Below, one piece after another: positions 1-9,419 of a stretch of 64,000 nt of DNA; position 1 is the stretch's first letter, and every line of letters begins with the position of its first letter. The notes below the pieces were generated by a model. That model was not told the DNA's origin. It did no database searches and was given only the letters and a program-made list of their open reading frames with translations. Source of the stretch: Patescibacteria group bacterium (GTDB lineage: Bacteria > Patescibacteriota > Microgenomatia > UBA1400 > PJMF01); contig JBMORP010000006.1 of the NCBI GenBank assembly GCA_049322655.1, positions 256,410 through 320,409 of the forward strand. The letters run 5' to 3'. The translations under genes were made by a program, and so were the position numbers.

Positions 1-48
1 CGCTACTTTTTCTAGCTGAGCCACAGCATTTTGATGAGGATCATTCAT
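1..48 (-). CDS. N-terminal fragment of an unidentified CDS (MNDPHQNAVAQLEKVA...) running off the window start
   Basis: ATG at 48..46 on the minus strand, preceded by an AAGGA-like RBS; open to coordinate 1. Only 16 aa are visible, so no product call. Confidence 0.3.
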   Translation of the reverse strand, partial: MNDPHQNAVAQLEKVA

Positions 49-76
49 AAAAATTCCTTTTTTTAAACTAATACTA

Positions 77-1147
77 TTAGTTTCTACTTTCTAGCCACCT
101 CTCGGCATCCAAAGCCGCTTCACAACCCATCCCTGCAGCAGTAATTGCTTGCTTATATCTCACATCAACCACATCACCAGCCGCAAAGACTCCTTCAACC
201 GAGGTCATGGTGGGAAATTTAATCAATTGTTTTTCATCTAAAGCCTCACTAGCTTGCTCTAAACCGGCAGCAGACAAACTTTGTCTGGTAACTAAATAAC
301 CAGCCCTATCCAAATTTAATTGTCCTTGGAAAGCTTGAGTAACTGGTTTATGACCAATCGCTAAAAATACACCATCAGCAGAATAATCTTGTTCTTTACC
401 TTTAGTCTCAATGACAACTTTTTCAACTTTGTTGTCACCTTTAATTTGCTTTAAGTTTGAATTCCACAAGACAGTCACTTTTTTATTGTTTAGAACTCTA
501 TCGGCCATGATTTTACTCGCTCGAAAAGAATCTCGGCGATGAACAACTGTCACTTTGTTAGCAAATTTAGTCAAAGCCAAAGTATCTTCCATCGCACTAT
601 CGCCACCACCAATTACAAAAACGTTTTTATCACGATAAAAAGCCGCATCACAAACTGCACAGGTACTCACCCCTCGACCAAATAATTCTTTTTCCCCAGG
701 AACACCCAACTTAATAGAAGCAGCCCCAGTACTAAGAATGACTGTTTCAGCTTCAAGATCATGAGGTGTTTGTTTTACTGCTTCAATTACGGCAACTATC
801 TCTTCCTGAGAACCATTTTTAAAAACATCAATATTTTTACCATCAGGAAGGTGAGTCCAAAGTTTAAAAGGCCGCTGAGAAAAATCAAAAGCAGTTACAT
901 GAGTATCAATAATCTCTGCTCCAAACCTTAAAGCTTGAGCTCTAAGTCCCATCATAAACTTTGGGCCCATAACACCATCTGGAAAACCAGGAAAATTTTC
1001 TAGTTCAGTGGTATACATTAACTGACCACCACTTTCAACACCTGTATAAACAACTGGCTTGAGTTGAGCTCTAGCAGCATAAATTGCTGCGGTATAACCC
1101 GCTGGACCAGAGCCAACAATGACTAACTTTTCTTTTTTCATACCCAC
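77..1147 (-). CDS. trxB: thioredoxin-disulfide reductase
   Basis: N-terminal FAD-binding GSGPAGYTAA, redox-active CAVCDA, NADPH-binding GGGDSAME, and overall TrxR architecture. Confidence 0.9.
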   Translation of the reverse strand: MGMKKEKLVIVGSGPAGYTAAIYAARAQLKPVVYTGVESGGQLMYTTELENFPGFPDGVMGPKFMMGLRAQALRFGAEIIDTHVTAFDFSQRPFKLWTHLPDGKNIDVFKNGSQEEIVAVIEAVKQTPHDLEAETVILSTGAASIKLGVPGEKELFGRGVSTCAVCDAAFYRDKNVFVIGGGDSAMEDTLALTKFANKVTVVHRRDSFRASKIMADRVLNNKKVTVLWNSNLKQIKGDNKVEKVVIETKGKEQDYSADGVFLAIGHKPVTQAFQGQLNLDRAGYLVTRQSLSAAGLEQASEALDEKQLIKFPTMTSVEGVFAAGDVVDVRYKQAITAAGMGCEAALDAERWLESRN

Positions 1148-1172
1148 CTTCCTTAAAAAGATAAACTCGCTG

Positions 1173-1517
1173 TTATTTTGCTAAAACTTCATCAATCATA
1201 GCTTTGTAGCCAGCTTCTCCAGGAAAACCAATTTGTTTGGCAACAATTTTAACTTCGTCTTCATCTTTCTTAAAAACTAAAACTGTGGGAATACTCATCA
1301 CACCATATTCTTGAGCTGTAGCTGGATTTTCATCTACATTGAGTTTGGTAATCATGATTTTATCTCCATACTCATCGGCCAATTTATCAATCACTGGAGC
1401 AGCCATTTGACATGGACCACACCACTCAGCAAAAAAATCAACAAAAACTGGCTTATCTTGTTGAAGAGCAGTCTTGAAACTTTGATCATCTAAATAAGTT
1501 GCACCTTTATTGCTCAT
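1173..1517 (-). CDS. trxA: thioredoxin
   Basis: WCGPC active site in a roughly 110-aa thioredoxin fold. Lies 25 nt upstream of trxB on the same strand. Confidence 0.9.
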   Translation of the reverse strand: MSNKGATYLDDQSFKTALQQDKPVFVDFFAEWCGPCQMAAPVIDKLADEYGDKIMITKLNVDENPATAQEYGVMSIPTVLVFKKDEDEVKIVAKQIGFPGEAGYKAMIDEVLAK

Positions 1518-1607
1518 AGTTATTATTTTCTCTATTTAAGAGAAATCCTTTCTGTAAGTTTACCTAAAAATTGGTAAAGCTACTTATTACCTATTTAAGT
1601 TTCGCTA

Positions 1608-1850
1608 TTAATAACGAAACACTTCTTTTAAAACATCGTCAAGTGTATCCCACTGTTCTCCACGAGAACATTTTTTAGCCTCAGAAGTTAATAAGTCTCT
1701 AGCGACTCTACCCAATGAACTTCTAACAGCTATAACTTGACGAACAATATCTACACAAGCACGTTCGTCTTGGTACATTCTAGCAATACCCTCAATTTGG
1801 CCGTTTATCCGGTTTAGTTGAGCGACAATGGGATCTTTTTGACTTGTCAT
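1608..1850 (-). CDS. CsoR/RcnR/CstR-family (DUF156) metal- or thiol-sensing transcriptional repressor, two-Cys type
   Basis: 80 aa with the typical helical-bundle pattern (NRINGQIEGIARM...). Cys32 and Cys61 are 29 residues apart, as in the Cys pair of CstR. The position where Cu-CsoR has His (C-4) is Glu here. Confidence 0.8.
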   Translation of the reverse strand: MTSQKDPIVAQLNRINGQIEGIARMYQDERACVDIVRQVIAVRSSLGRVARDLLTSEAKKCSRGEQWDTLDDVLKEVFRY

Positions 1851-1860
1851 ATTTCCAAAT

Positions 1861-1875
1861 ATACCCCTAGGGGGT
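1861..1875. promoter_or_regulatory. CsoR-type operator, inverted repeat TACCCC-TAG-GGGGTA
   Basis: Perfect 6-3-6 palindrome 11-25 nt upstream of the csoR-like start. Nearly identical to the Bacillus subtilis CsoR operator core TACCCTACGGGGGTA. Confidence 0.55.
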
Positions 1876-1883
1876 ATATTGTG

Positions 1884-3722
1884 TCAAGTATTAACTGAAC
1901 GTAAAATTTGTTGATAGTGAGCTATTTTTTTTAATAAGTTATTAAACTCAAGTTCCTCTTGTTCGGTTTTTTCTGCTTTTCGATCAAGTTCTTTAATTTC
2001 TGCTTGGAGTAACTTAATTGATGCTCTAGCACTTTCATTTCTTAAAATCAGCCAAGTATTTAACCACTCTACCTCAAAATCAATCTGTTCTTTTAAAGAA
2101 ATAAATTTGGGATCATAAACAACATCAAAAACTAATTGTTTTAAGTCTTCAGCCAACCCTTGAGTAGCCTTTTTAAGATCCAGCTTGTTTTTAAACTCTG
2201 CTGAGGAAAAATGCTTAATTAATTCAAACAAACCTGGAGTTTGCCAAGCAAAATCATTGATTAACTTAATCTTTTCTGAAAATTTATTACTTTCAAAAAG
2301 TAGAAAAATCAAATATCTCTCTAATGATTGCCTTCTTGATGGAAGGTTTCGCTGAGTAGAAATTGGTTCTCTTGCTGACTCTAGTGGTAAATTTTGCTTA
2401 ATTTTTTGTAAATCTTGTTTAATAAGTTCTGATTTAACTTTCAAAGTTTCTGCCAATTTTTTAATATAGAAATCCTTTTCAACTGCATGAGTTATCTCCG
2501 CAAAAACTGGACCAACCTCTTTAATAATTTCTCGCTTGCCTTCTGGCCTTTCTGGATCATTTTTTCTCAGACTAAATCTTAATAAAAATTCATAGACAGA
2601 GATACTTTGGTTCTCTAATTCTCGCCATACTTTGGGTGTAGATCTAGCCAACTCGTCAACATCCTTTGCCCCACCTTCTAATGAAGACAAGTCAATCACT
2701 CTCAACTCAATATCTGTATCACCCACTACCTCAATAGCTCTCTTGGTAGCTTTAATGCCAGCCTCATCTGCATCCAAACATAACAATATTTTTTTGGCTA
2801 TTCTAGAAATAAGTTTAACTTGTTCTTGAGTCAAAGCAGAGCCCTTAATTGCCACGATATTATTAACGTGGTTCTGTGAAGAAGAAATTACATCAAACTC
2901 ACCTTCAACAACAATCACTGCCTCTTTTTTCTTAATCTCGCTTAACAACTCTTTGTAACCAAATAACATTTTAGATTTATGGTAAAGTTTGGTTTCTGGA
3001 GTGTTAATGTACTTAGCCTCTTTGGCTACTTTATCTAATAATCTACCAGAGAAACCAACCACTCTACCCCGATGATCTTTAAGGGGAAACATTACTCTCC
3101 CTCTAAAACGATCGTAGTAACGGCCACCGCGTCCTTTAATAATTAAACCTGTTTGTTCTATTTCTTCTAAAGGAAATTTTTTCTTGTGATGCAAATACTT
3201 AACTAATCCATCCCAACTAGTCATAGAATAACCCAAATTAAATAACTGAATTGATTCTTGTGAAATAGCTCTCTCTTTAAGGTATTTTCTAGCTTGCTCA
3301 CCAATAGAATGAATGGTTAATAGGTAATGGTAGTACTCTTTAGCTAAATTCAAGATAGCTAGTAAGCGTTCTCTCAACTCATCATCATTAGTTTTTTGAA
3401 ATTCTGCTAACTGAATTCCGGCCTGGTCTGCTAAATATTTAAGAGCTTCAGCAAAACTCATCGCCTCATATTTTTGTAAAAAATCCAGAGCATCGCCAGT
3501 CTCTCCACAACCAAAACAACGATAACGTTGTAACTGTTCACTTACAAAAAAAGATGGAGTTTTTTCACTATGAAAAGGACAAGGTGCTTTATAACTGGAG
3601 CCGGATCTCTGCAACTTGATTCGTTCCCCAATTACCTGAATAATATCGGTAGCATCTTTCACCTGTTGAACTTGGGACATCTTTTGTAGTATACCGTATT
3701 TTACTGAACAAACTGCATACAA
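1884..3722 (-). CDS. dnaG: DNA primase
   Basis: CHC2 zinc finger (CPFHSEKTPSF...CFGCG), Toprim region (EGEFDV...DAD), and a C-terminal helicase-interaction-like domain. Confidence 0.9.
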   Translation of the reverse strand: MYAVCSVKYGILQKMSQVQQVKDATDIIQVIGERIKLQRSGSSYKAPCPFHSEKTPSFFVSEQLQRYRCFGCGETGDALDFLQKYEAMSFAEALKYLADQAGIQLAEFQKTNDDELRERLLAILNLAKEYYHYLLTIHSIGEQARKYLKERAISQESIQLFNLGYSMTSWDGLVKYLHHKKKFPLEEIEQTGLIIKGRGGRYYDRFRGRVMFPLKDHRGRVVGFSGRLLDKVAKEAKYINTPETKLYHKSKMLFGYKELLSEIKKKEAVIVVEGEFDVISSSQNHVNNIVAIKGSALTQEQVKLISRIAKKILLCLDADEAGIKATKRAIEVVGDTDIELRVIDLSSLEGGAKDVDELARSTPKVWRELENQSISVYEFLLRFSLRKNDPERPEGKREIIKEVGPVFAEITHAVEKDFYIKKLAETLKVKSELIKQDLQKIKQNLPLESAREPISTQRNLPSRRQSLERYLIFLLFESNKFSEKIKLINDFAWQTPGLFELIKHFSSAEFKNKLDLKKATQGLAEDLKQLVFDVVYDPKFISLKEQIDFEVEWLNTWLILRNESARASIKLLQAEIKELDRKAEKTEQEELEFNNLLKKIAHYQQILRSVNT

Positions 3723-3742
3723 ACTAATCGATAAGGAAAAAA

Positions 3743-4438
3743 ATGTCTGAAGAAAAAAATCAAGCTTGGAAAAAACTAGAACAAATCACCAAATATTTCA
3801 AAAATCATATCTATAATTTCTATAAAACTCTGAACTTTGAAAATTGGGAGTTTCTACTTATTATCATGATTGGAGCCTTCAGCTTTCTGTTCTGGGAACA
3901 CCTACAACTAAAAAAAGAATTTAATAACACCAAACAAATTGCTGATATTTTACAAAAAAAATCTGGCCTCAGAGTTTACTCCAGAGATGAGCTAGAAATT
4001 AGACAAATAGGTGATGTTTACATTCAAGCACCAAAAGATTGGACTAATGTTATCCAAGACTATTTAACTACTAATGGAGTAAGGAAACACTATATTGCCT
4101 CTTTTGGTGATGGTTTTGGTATTCCCTTTTCTAACGAGTATGCTTTCGTTGTTGGAATTGAAAGAAGGGAAGTAAAAACCAATCTAGAAACTTTTTTGGA
4201 AGAGAATGAGGTTTCTAGTGATCCAGAAAAAACTAAGACTAATTACACAAAAGTTAATGATGAGATGTTTTACATCCCCAGAGATGAAGTTGGACTTGAG
4301 TATTTTAGAAAAGTCGACGATGTAGTTCTCGTTATCTTTGTTTACGATAACGGTGACCGAGAAATTGATGACTTTGAACAAAACTTTATCAATAGTGTCG
4401 GACCAGTGGAAACCAATTCTCTCTTTGATTATAAGTAA
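3743..4438 (+). CDS. hypothetical membrane-anchored protein
   Basis: 231-aa ORF with one predicted TM helix (LLIIMIGAFSFLFW). No recognisable motif. Confidence 0.45.
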   Translation: MSEEKNQAWKKLEQITKYFKNHIYNFYKTLNFENWEFLLIIMIGAFSFLFWEHLQLKKEFNNTKQIADILQKKSGLRVYSRDELEIRQIGDVYIQAPKDWTNVIQDYLTTNGVRKHYIASFGDGFGIPFSNEYAFVVGIERREVKTNLETFLEENEVSSDPEKTKTNYTKVNDEMFYIPRDEVGLEYFRKVDDVVLVIFVYDNGDREIDDFEQNFINSVGPVETNSLFDYK

Positions 4439-4442
4439 AAAA

Positions 4443-4652
4443 TTACTCTGATGCTGGTTCAAACTCTTCTTTAAGAGCAATAAATTTGTTTTCAACCTCA
4501 TTTAGTCTAGTTTTGATTTGTTGAGTTAGTTTTTGAGCTTGTTGAAGTTTCTCTAGGCCTTCATCCAAATCAAGATCTTCATTTTGAAACCAATTATTGA
4601 TTCTTTCTAACTCCTTCATCGCTTCGTTCATCGAAAGTTTTTTAGTTGTCAT
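4443..4652 (-). CDS. xseB: exodeoxyribonuclease VII small subunit
   Basis: 69-aa coiled-coil protein whose start overlaps the xseA stop by 11 nt. Resembles the XseB family. Confidence 0.8.
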   Translation of the reverse strand: MTTKKLSMNEAMKELERINNWFQNEDLDLDEGLEKLQQAQKLTQQIKTRLNEVENKFIALKEEFEPASE

Positions 4653-5856
4653 GTTTTCCTTTCACAACGGTAGCTCCAAACTGGCCATCAGCCACCGTAA
4701 TGGTTAAATCTTGATCTACTAATATTTGTTCAACTGATTTAATAATTTTCCCTTGGTTATTTTTTACCAAACTATAACCTTGCTTTAATTTTAGCTGAGG
4801 ATCGTTAGCCATTAATTGTTTCTCTAAAAGACTCAATTTATCCTTAAAATAAAAAATGTTTTTTTTACCATTACTAAAAATTGATTGAGAAAAATAATCA
4901 ACTCTAGTAAAAAAATACTCAAGTTTCGAAAAAAATTTATTTGTGATTTGGCCCCAGTTATAATTTAAATACTGATCTGCTTGTTTAATTAGTTTTTCCA
5001 TTGCTTGAGTCAGATGTTGAGAAAAATAATCAATTTTTTGTTCAGCTTCTCGCCAATGTTCAGAGAGAATTCTACCAGCATCGGTGGGCGTAGAGGCCCT
5101 GACATCTGCTACTAAATCAGTAATTGAGACATCCCTCTCATGCCCCACCGCTGATAAAACTGGAATTTTTGAGGCAAAAACTGCTTGGGCAACTTCTTCA
5201 GAATTAAAAGCTTGCAAGCTTTCCAAACTACCACCTCCTCTAGTCAAAACCAAAACATCCAAACCACCCTCAACAATGTTGGGATGTTCATTAAACCAGC
5301 GAATACCAGCTACAATTGAATCAATCGCATAAATTCCCTCAACCTTAATATCCCGATGAAAAACTTGAAAACCAAAATTACCCAAGTGTTTTTTTAAATC
5401 ACGAAGTGCATCACCAGTTGCAGAAGTTAGTAAACCAATTTTAATTGGAAATTCTGATAAGGTTCTTTTTCTATCTTCAGTAAAATAGCCCTTGTCAGCC
5501 AATTTTTGCTTCAAAACCTCAAATGCTTTTTGTAGAGCTCCTTCTCCCACTGGCACAATATGTTCAACAACAAAAGTTAATCTACCAGATGGTTTGTAAA
5601 TATTAGTCTTACCAAAAACTTGGACTTCAAGCCCTTCTTCCAAAACAAATGGCAACTGTTGTAACCTAAACTGCCATAAAGCACAAGATAAAACAGCCTG
5701 TTCCTTATTTTTTCCATCACTCAAAGAAAAATAAGCATGCTTTCTAAAACTCACTGAGGTTATTTCTCCTTGAATAACCATCTCAATGTTAGCCAACTGC
5801 TCGTTGAGTAAATCTAAATAATCATTAACAGAATAAACTTTAGGTGTGAGTTTCAC
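4642..5856 (-). CDS. xseA: exodeoxyribonuclease VII large subunit
   Basis: 404 aa with an N-terminal OB-fold region and a central catalytic region (GGGSLE). Paired with xseB. Confidence 0.88.
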   Translation of the reverse strand: MKLTPKVYSVNDYLDLLNEQLANIEMVIQGEITSVSFRKHAYFSLSDGKNKEQAVLSCALWQFRLQQLPFVLEEGLEVQVFGKTNIYKPSGRLTFVVEHIVPVGEGALQKAFEVLKQKLADKGYFTEDRKRTLSEFPIKIGLLTSATGDALRDLKKHLGNFGFQVFHRDIKVEGIYAIDSIVAGIRWFNEHPNIVEGGLDVLVLTRGGGSLESLQAFNSEEVAQAVFASKIPVLSAVGHERDVSITDLVADVRASTPTDAGRILSEHWREAEQKIDYFSQHLTQAMEKLIKQADQYLNYNWGQITNKFFSKLEYFFTRVDYFSQSIFSNGKKNIFYFKDKLSLLEKQLMANDPQLKLKQGYSLVKNNQGKIIKSVEQILVDQDLTITVADGQFGATVVKGKHDN

Positions 5857-6289
5857 TAGTAATCACCATTTTTTTATTAACTAAAAACCAAACAATCCCA
5901 GCTACCAACATGCTGGCAACGGTACCCCAAATAATATCAACAATTACTACTTGTTGTGACCAATTTTTCAAGGTTGCCCAATTACTTAAATCATAGGTAG
6001 CATAAGCCCCAAAACCATACAAGGCTGTATTGAGTAGTAACTCTCTTAAAGATTTGGCTTTAGCAAAACCCCAAAACCATAACATTAGAGGATGAAGGGC
6101 ATAAAATATCAACCCAGGAAATAATAAAAAGTCATCTCTCAATAAATCCCCCAATTCTGCAAAATAAAAATTTTTGGCCACCACACCCAGCCAGATTCCA
6201 TCTATTAAGCCAAAAACAGCCAATAGTAACAAATAAGTAATAATAAAGTTGTGCAAGCTATTAATCTTCATAACCCTATTGTAAACCAA
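5840..6289 (-). CDS. small integral membrane protein (DUF2177-like)
   Basis: 149 aa with four predicted TM helices. Overlaps the xseA start by 17 nt. Confidence 0.45.
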   Translation of the reverse strand: MVYNRVMKINSLHNFIITYLLLLAVFGLIDGIWLGVVAKNFYFAELGDLLRDDFLLFPGLIFYALHPLMLWFWGFAKAKSLRELLLNTALYGFGAYATYDLSNWATLKNWSQQVVIVDIIWGTVASMLVAGIVWFLVNKKMVITSETHT

Positions 6290-6317
6290 GCTAGCAAATC
6301 TCCAACTAACTATTTTT

Positions 6318-8735
6318 TTACCTTAGTTGAGGTTGTAAATGATAGTAAGGTGGAGAATTTTGGTAGCGCTTAATCGCCAAAGAAATAATCTCTTCCAAGA
6401 AGTCACCATAATCCATCCCTGTTAGTTTGGCCACTGAAGGCAGACAATCTGGTTCGTTGATTGAAGGATTAGGATTAAGCTCCAACACGTGAGGATTACC
6501 CTGTTCATCTAGTTTTATTTCCACTCTGCCATAATCATGACAGTCAAGGATAGAGTAAGTATCCATGGCCATTTCTGTAATTAAAGAAATCAATTTTTTA
6601 CTTACTCCTTTAGGTGGTCTCTCCTCTGTAATAAAGTTTTTAAAATCACTATGGTTACCAAACTTAGAATCGAAAGAATAAATATTCCACATTCCTTTTG
6701 GCATTTTATTAAATTGGGTTCTAGATAGAGGCAGGACTCTCAATTCATCACCATTGCCAATAATAGAAACATCATACTCATCTCCTGGTAAATATTCTTC
6801 TATCAAAGCTGGGGATCTTAATTCTTCTAGAACATATTTAATTTGACGTTTCAATTCTTGTTGATTTCTTACGACTGAATCTTGGTTAATCCCAATTGAG
6901 TTATCAGTAGTAGCTGGTTTCACGATTAAAGGAAAAACTAAATCATCTCTAATTTCGTCTTGCAAAGTAAAAGCATAATCCCACTTAGCCGTCGGAATTT
7001 GGTGATAAGTGAGTAGTTTTTTTACTTTAATTTTGTCAATCGCCAAACTCAAAGTAAATGGATTAGAACCGGTATATGGAATTTGATAAGCATCAAAAAA
7101 CGAAGCTACATGAGGCTCTAACAAGCTAGAGCCGTTAATTCTCTCAGCCACATTAAATATCAAATCAATTTTTTGTGACTGCATCATGTTAGAGGCAGTT
7201 TTTAAATCGTTAAAGTCAATAAATGAAGTTTTATAACCTCTTGTTTCCAAGGTGTTTCGAATTTTATTGCCTACTGAAGTCAACTCTGCTTCTATTGCAC
7301 CATCAGCTCCAGAAAAAGTATTGCAAGCAATTGCCAGATGAAGTTTTCTTTGCTCTGAAAGTTTAACTCGTCTAATTTTTTCGATTCTAGCTTGACCAGC
7401 CATAATTCTTTGATCAAACTTAGCCACAGAAAAACGATTAGCTCTCTTGGTTTTCCCTACAGCAGAAACCTCAGAGAAAGGAATAATTTCATAATTAATT
7501 TTTTCTAAAACTTTTTCCAGATTTTCCCTAGAATCATTAGGATTTTCTCCTTTAGTAGTAATCCAACCCAAAAATTCATAAGCAGCCGGAGGAACAAAAA
7601 CAGTATCTCCAACTTCTTTATAGAACTCAAACTCATCTACTTGGTCTTTAGCCGAAAATTTTTCAGGAATATCGAGACTTGAAATTACTCCAGAATTTTC
7701 TGGAATAAAAGAGGTTCCAGTTAAATAAACCGCTGGTTCTTCTGGCTTATCAATTCTTGGAAAATACTCTCCCAACGCAATCTTGACTGCATACTCAATT
7801 AAGTCAACTTTCCAAGCTTGTTTGGAAAAAGAATAAACTTCATCACCACCCATTCTTAGATTAACTTCAATAGGAACTGGACCAGTCGAAGTTTGCTTAG
7901 CTTCAAAATGAATACAACCATTGGTAATCCCCAAATGTTCCAAAACTGATTCTGCCATATCGACCAACTCTTTTTGATCTTCTTCTGGTAAAGCCGAAGG
8001 AATAGCCATTCCACTTTCCATAAAATATGGTTCTTCAGTTTTATAGTTATCAGTAATTGACCAATATTTAATTTTTCCATTCTGCAGTAAGATATCGATG
8101 TCAACTTCATCTCCATCAATATATTCTTCGATCATCACTTCCAAACCATCAGTTAAAGCTGATTCAACTTGAGTGTTAATATTTCTTTTCAAAAACTCAT
8201 AAACTTCAAAAGCCTCTTCTTGATCTTCTGCCTTAATCACAAACGCACTACTGGAACCAAAAGTTGGCTTAAAAACAACAGGTAATTTTAAAGTTTTTAA
8301 GATCTCTTTTAACTCGTCATCTGATTTAACCAAAGAATAATTTGGAGCAGGCAAATTGTGTTTTCTACAAAACTCACGGAAAGCAAATTTATTTCTGGCT
8401 TTAGAGGCAACCTTCCAAGAAATTCCTGGTTTTTTTAAGATTTCACTTAATTTGGCGGTCAACAAGACATCATCTTCCCAAAAAGTGACTACTCCATCAA
8501 CTTGGTTTTTCTTGGCATATTCGGTGATAGCTCTAATCGTAGCATCATGATTGGTGGTATCAACCAAAATCCAGTCATCAACATAGTTCTCTGCCCAGTT
8601 TTTTTGAGCATTAACCACAACTTTTTTTAGATTGGGAATCTTGGCAATTCTTTGGAGAATAAAACGTTTTTTAAGTGAACCAGTATTGACAATAAGGAGA
8701 GTTTTTTGATTTTTTAATGTTGATTTTTCTTGCAT
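6318..8735 (-). CDS. tandem ATP-grasp ligase: N-terminal carboxylate-amine/L-amino-acid-ligase-like domain fused to a C-terminal D-Ala-D-Ala-ligase-like domain
   Basis: One continuous 805-aa ORF. Residues roughly 1-330 carry a pre-ATP-grasp domain plus an ATP-grasp (LPVVFKP..GSSSAFV..MIEEYIDGDEVDID). Residues roughly 480-800 are Ddl-like (LVFPLIVKPATTDNSIGI...LIEEYLPGDEYDVSIIGNG...LELNPNPS). Confidence 0.75.
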   Translation of the reverse strand: MQEKSTLKNQKTLLIVNTGSLKKRFILQRIAKIPNLKKVVVNAQKNWAENYVDDWILVDTTNHDATIRAITEYAKKNQVDGVVTFWEDDVLLTAKLSEILKKPGISWKVASKARNKFAFREFCRKHNLPAPNYSLVKSDDELKEILKTLKLPVVFKPTFGSSSAFVIKAEDQEEAFEVYEFLKRNINTQVESALTDGLEVMIEEYIDGDEVDIDILLQNGKIKYWSITDNYKTEEPYFMESGMAIPSALPEEDQKELVDMAESVLEHLGITNGCIHFEAKQTSTGPVPIEVNLRMGGDEVYSFSKQAWKVDLIEYAVKIALGEYFPRIDKPEEPAVYLTGTSFIPENSGVISSLDIPEKFSAKDQVDEFEFYKEVGDTVFVPPAAYEFLGWITTKGENPNDSRENLEKVLEKINYEIIPFSEVSAVGKTKRANRFSVAKFDQRIMAGQARIEKIRRVKLSEQRKLHLAIACNTFSGADGAIEAELTSVGNKIRNTLETRGYKTSFIDFNDLKTASNMMQSQKIDLIFNVAERINGSSLLEPHVASFFDAYQIPYTGSNPFTLSLAIDKIKVKKLLTYHQIPTAKWDYAFTLQDEIRDDLVFPLIVKPATTDNSIGINQDSVVRNQQELKRQIKYVLEELRSPALIEEYLPGDEYDVSIIGNGDELRVLPLSRTQFNKMPKGMWNIYSFDSKFGNHSDFKNFITEERPPKGVSKKLISLITEMAMDTYSILDCHDYGRVEIKLDEQGNPHVLELNPNPSINEPDCLPSVAKLTGMDYGDFLEEIISLAIKRYQNSPPYYHLQPQLR

Positions 8736-8813
8736 CGATGGGCTTTACCTCAATGCCCACACAGTTACTAATGAGTTATTATTGTATTTAAAGTTTTTAG
8801 AAAATAAATAGAC

Positions 8814-8845
8814 AAAAACCCCTGGCAAAAAGCCAGGGGTTTTTT
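8814..8845. terminator. bidirectional rho-independent terminator (CCCCTGGC-AAAAA-GCCAGGGG flanked by A and T runs)
   Basis: GC-rich 8-bp stem with a T-run. Lies immediately downstream of the minus-strand RRM gene. Confidence 0.6.
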
Positions 8846-8869
8846 AGTTTCAATGATTAGCTAATTTAA

Positions 8870-9259
8870 TTAGCGATCTCTTCTAGATCTATCAAAACCA
8901 CCTGATCTGCCACCGAAACCACCACGACGGTCCCCACCACGGAAACCACCTCTGTCGCCACGATCTTCTCTAGGCTTTGGAGGTTGAGCGATCTTAATAA
9001 ACAACTTACGACCTTGAACATCCTGGTCATTAAGCTGTTCCATAGCTTTGGCTGCATCTTCTGCTGAAGCGAACTTAACAAAGGCGAAACCTTTGGAACG
9101 ACCTGTTCTGAAGTCTGTAATTAATTTACATTCCTCAACTTGGCCATATTGACCAAACATATCGCTAAGCTCTTCTTCTGTCAAAGAATATACAAGATTG
9201 CCAACGTAAAGTTTGCTTGGATCCTGTGCTTGATTAGTACTATCTTGAGAGGTAAACAT
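8870..9259 (-). CDS. RRM-domain RNA-binding protein with C-terminal RGG/Gly-Arg-rich tail
   Basis: RNP2-like LYVGNL and RNP1-like KGFAFVKF motifs. C-terminal tail RGDRGGFRGGDRRGGFGGRSGGF. Confidence 0.85.
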   Translation of the reverse strand: MFTSQDSTNQAQDPSKLYVGNLVYSLTEEELSDMFGQYGQVEECKLITDFRTGRSKGFAFVKFASAEDAAKAMEQLNDQDVQGRKLFIKIAQPPKPREDRGDRGGFRGGDRRGGFGGRSGGFDRSRRDR

Positions 9260-9419
9260 ATTGTCCTCTTTTTTGAGTCACTGTAGCTGACTTAATCCTA
9301 CAGACTCTTTCAAATAAAACCGGACAAAATGCTTAGTGTCTTTTAAAAATCTAAGAACTGCCGTTCAGTCAGAAACACCATTATAACCTATAATTATAAA
9401 TTAGCTACTAGAAAAACAT

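Noticed and set aside
1599-1620. Hairpin GTTTCG-N10-CGAAAC at the csoR-like stop as a terminator between csoR and trxA
   Set aside because: The stem overlaps the last codons and stop of the CDS and is not followed by a clear T-run. It may attenuate but cannot be called a terminator.
8866-9081. 71-aa alternative-frame ORF overlapping the RRM gene
   Set aside because: It is in the same region as, but out of frame with, the clearly conserved RRM protein. It is a spurious call.
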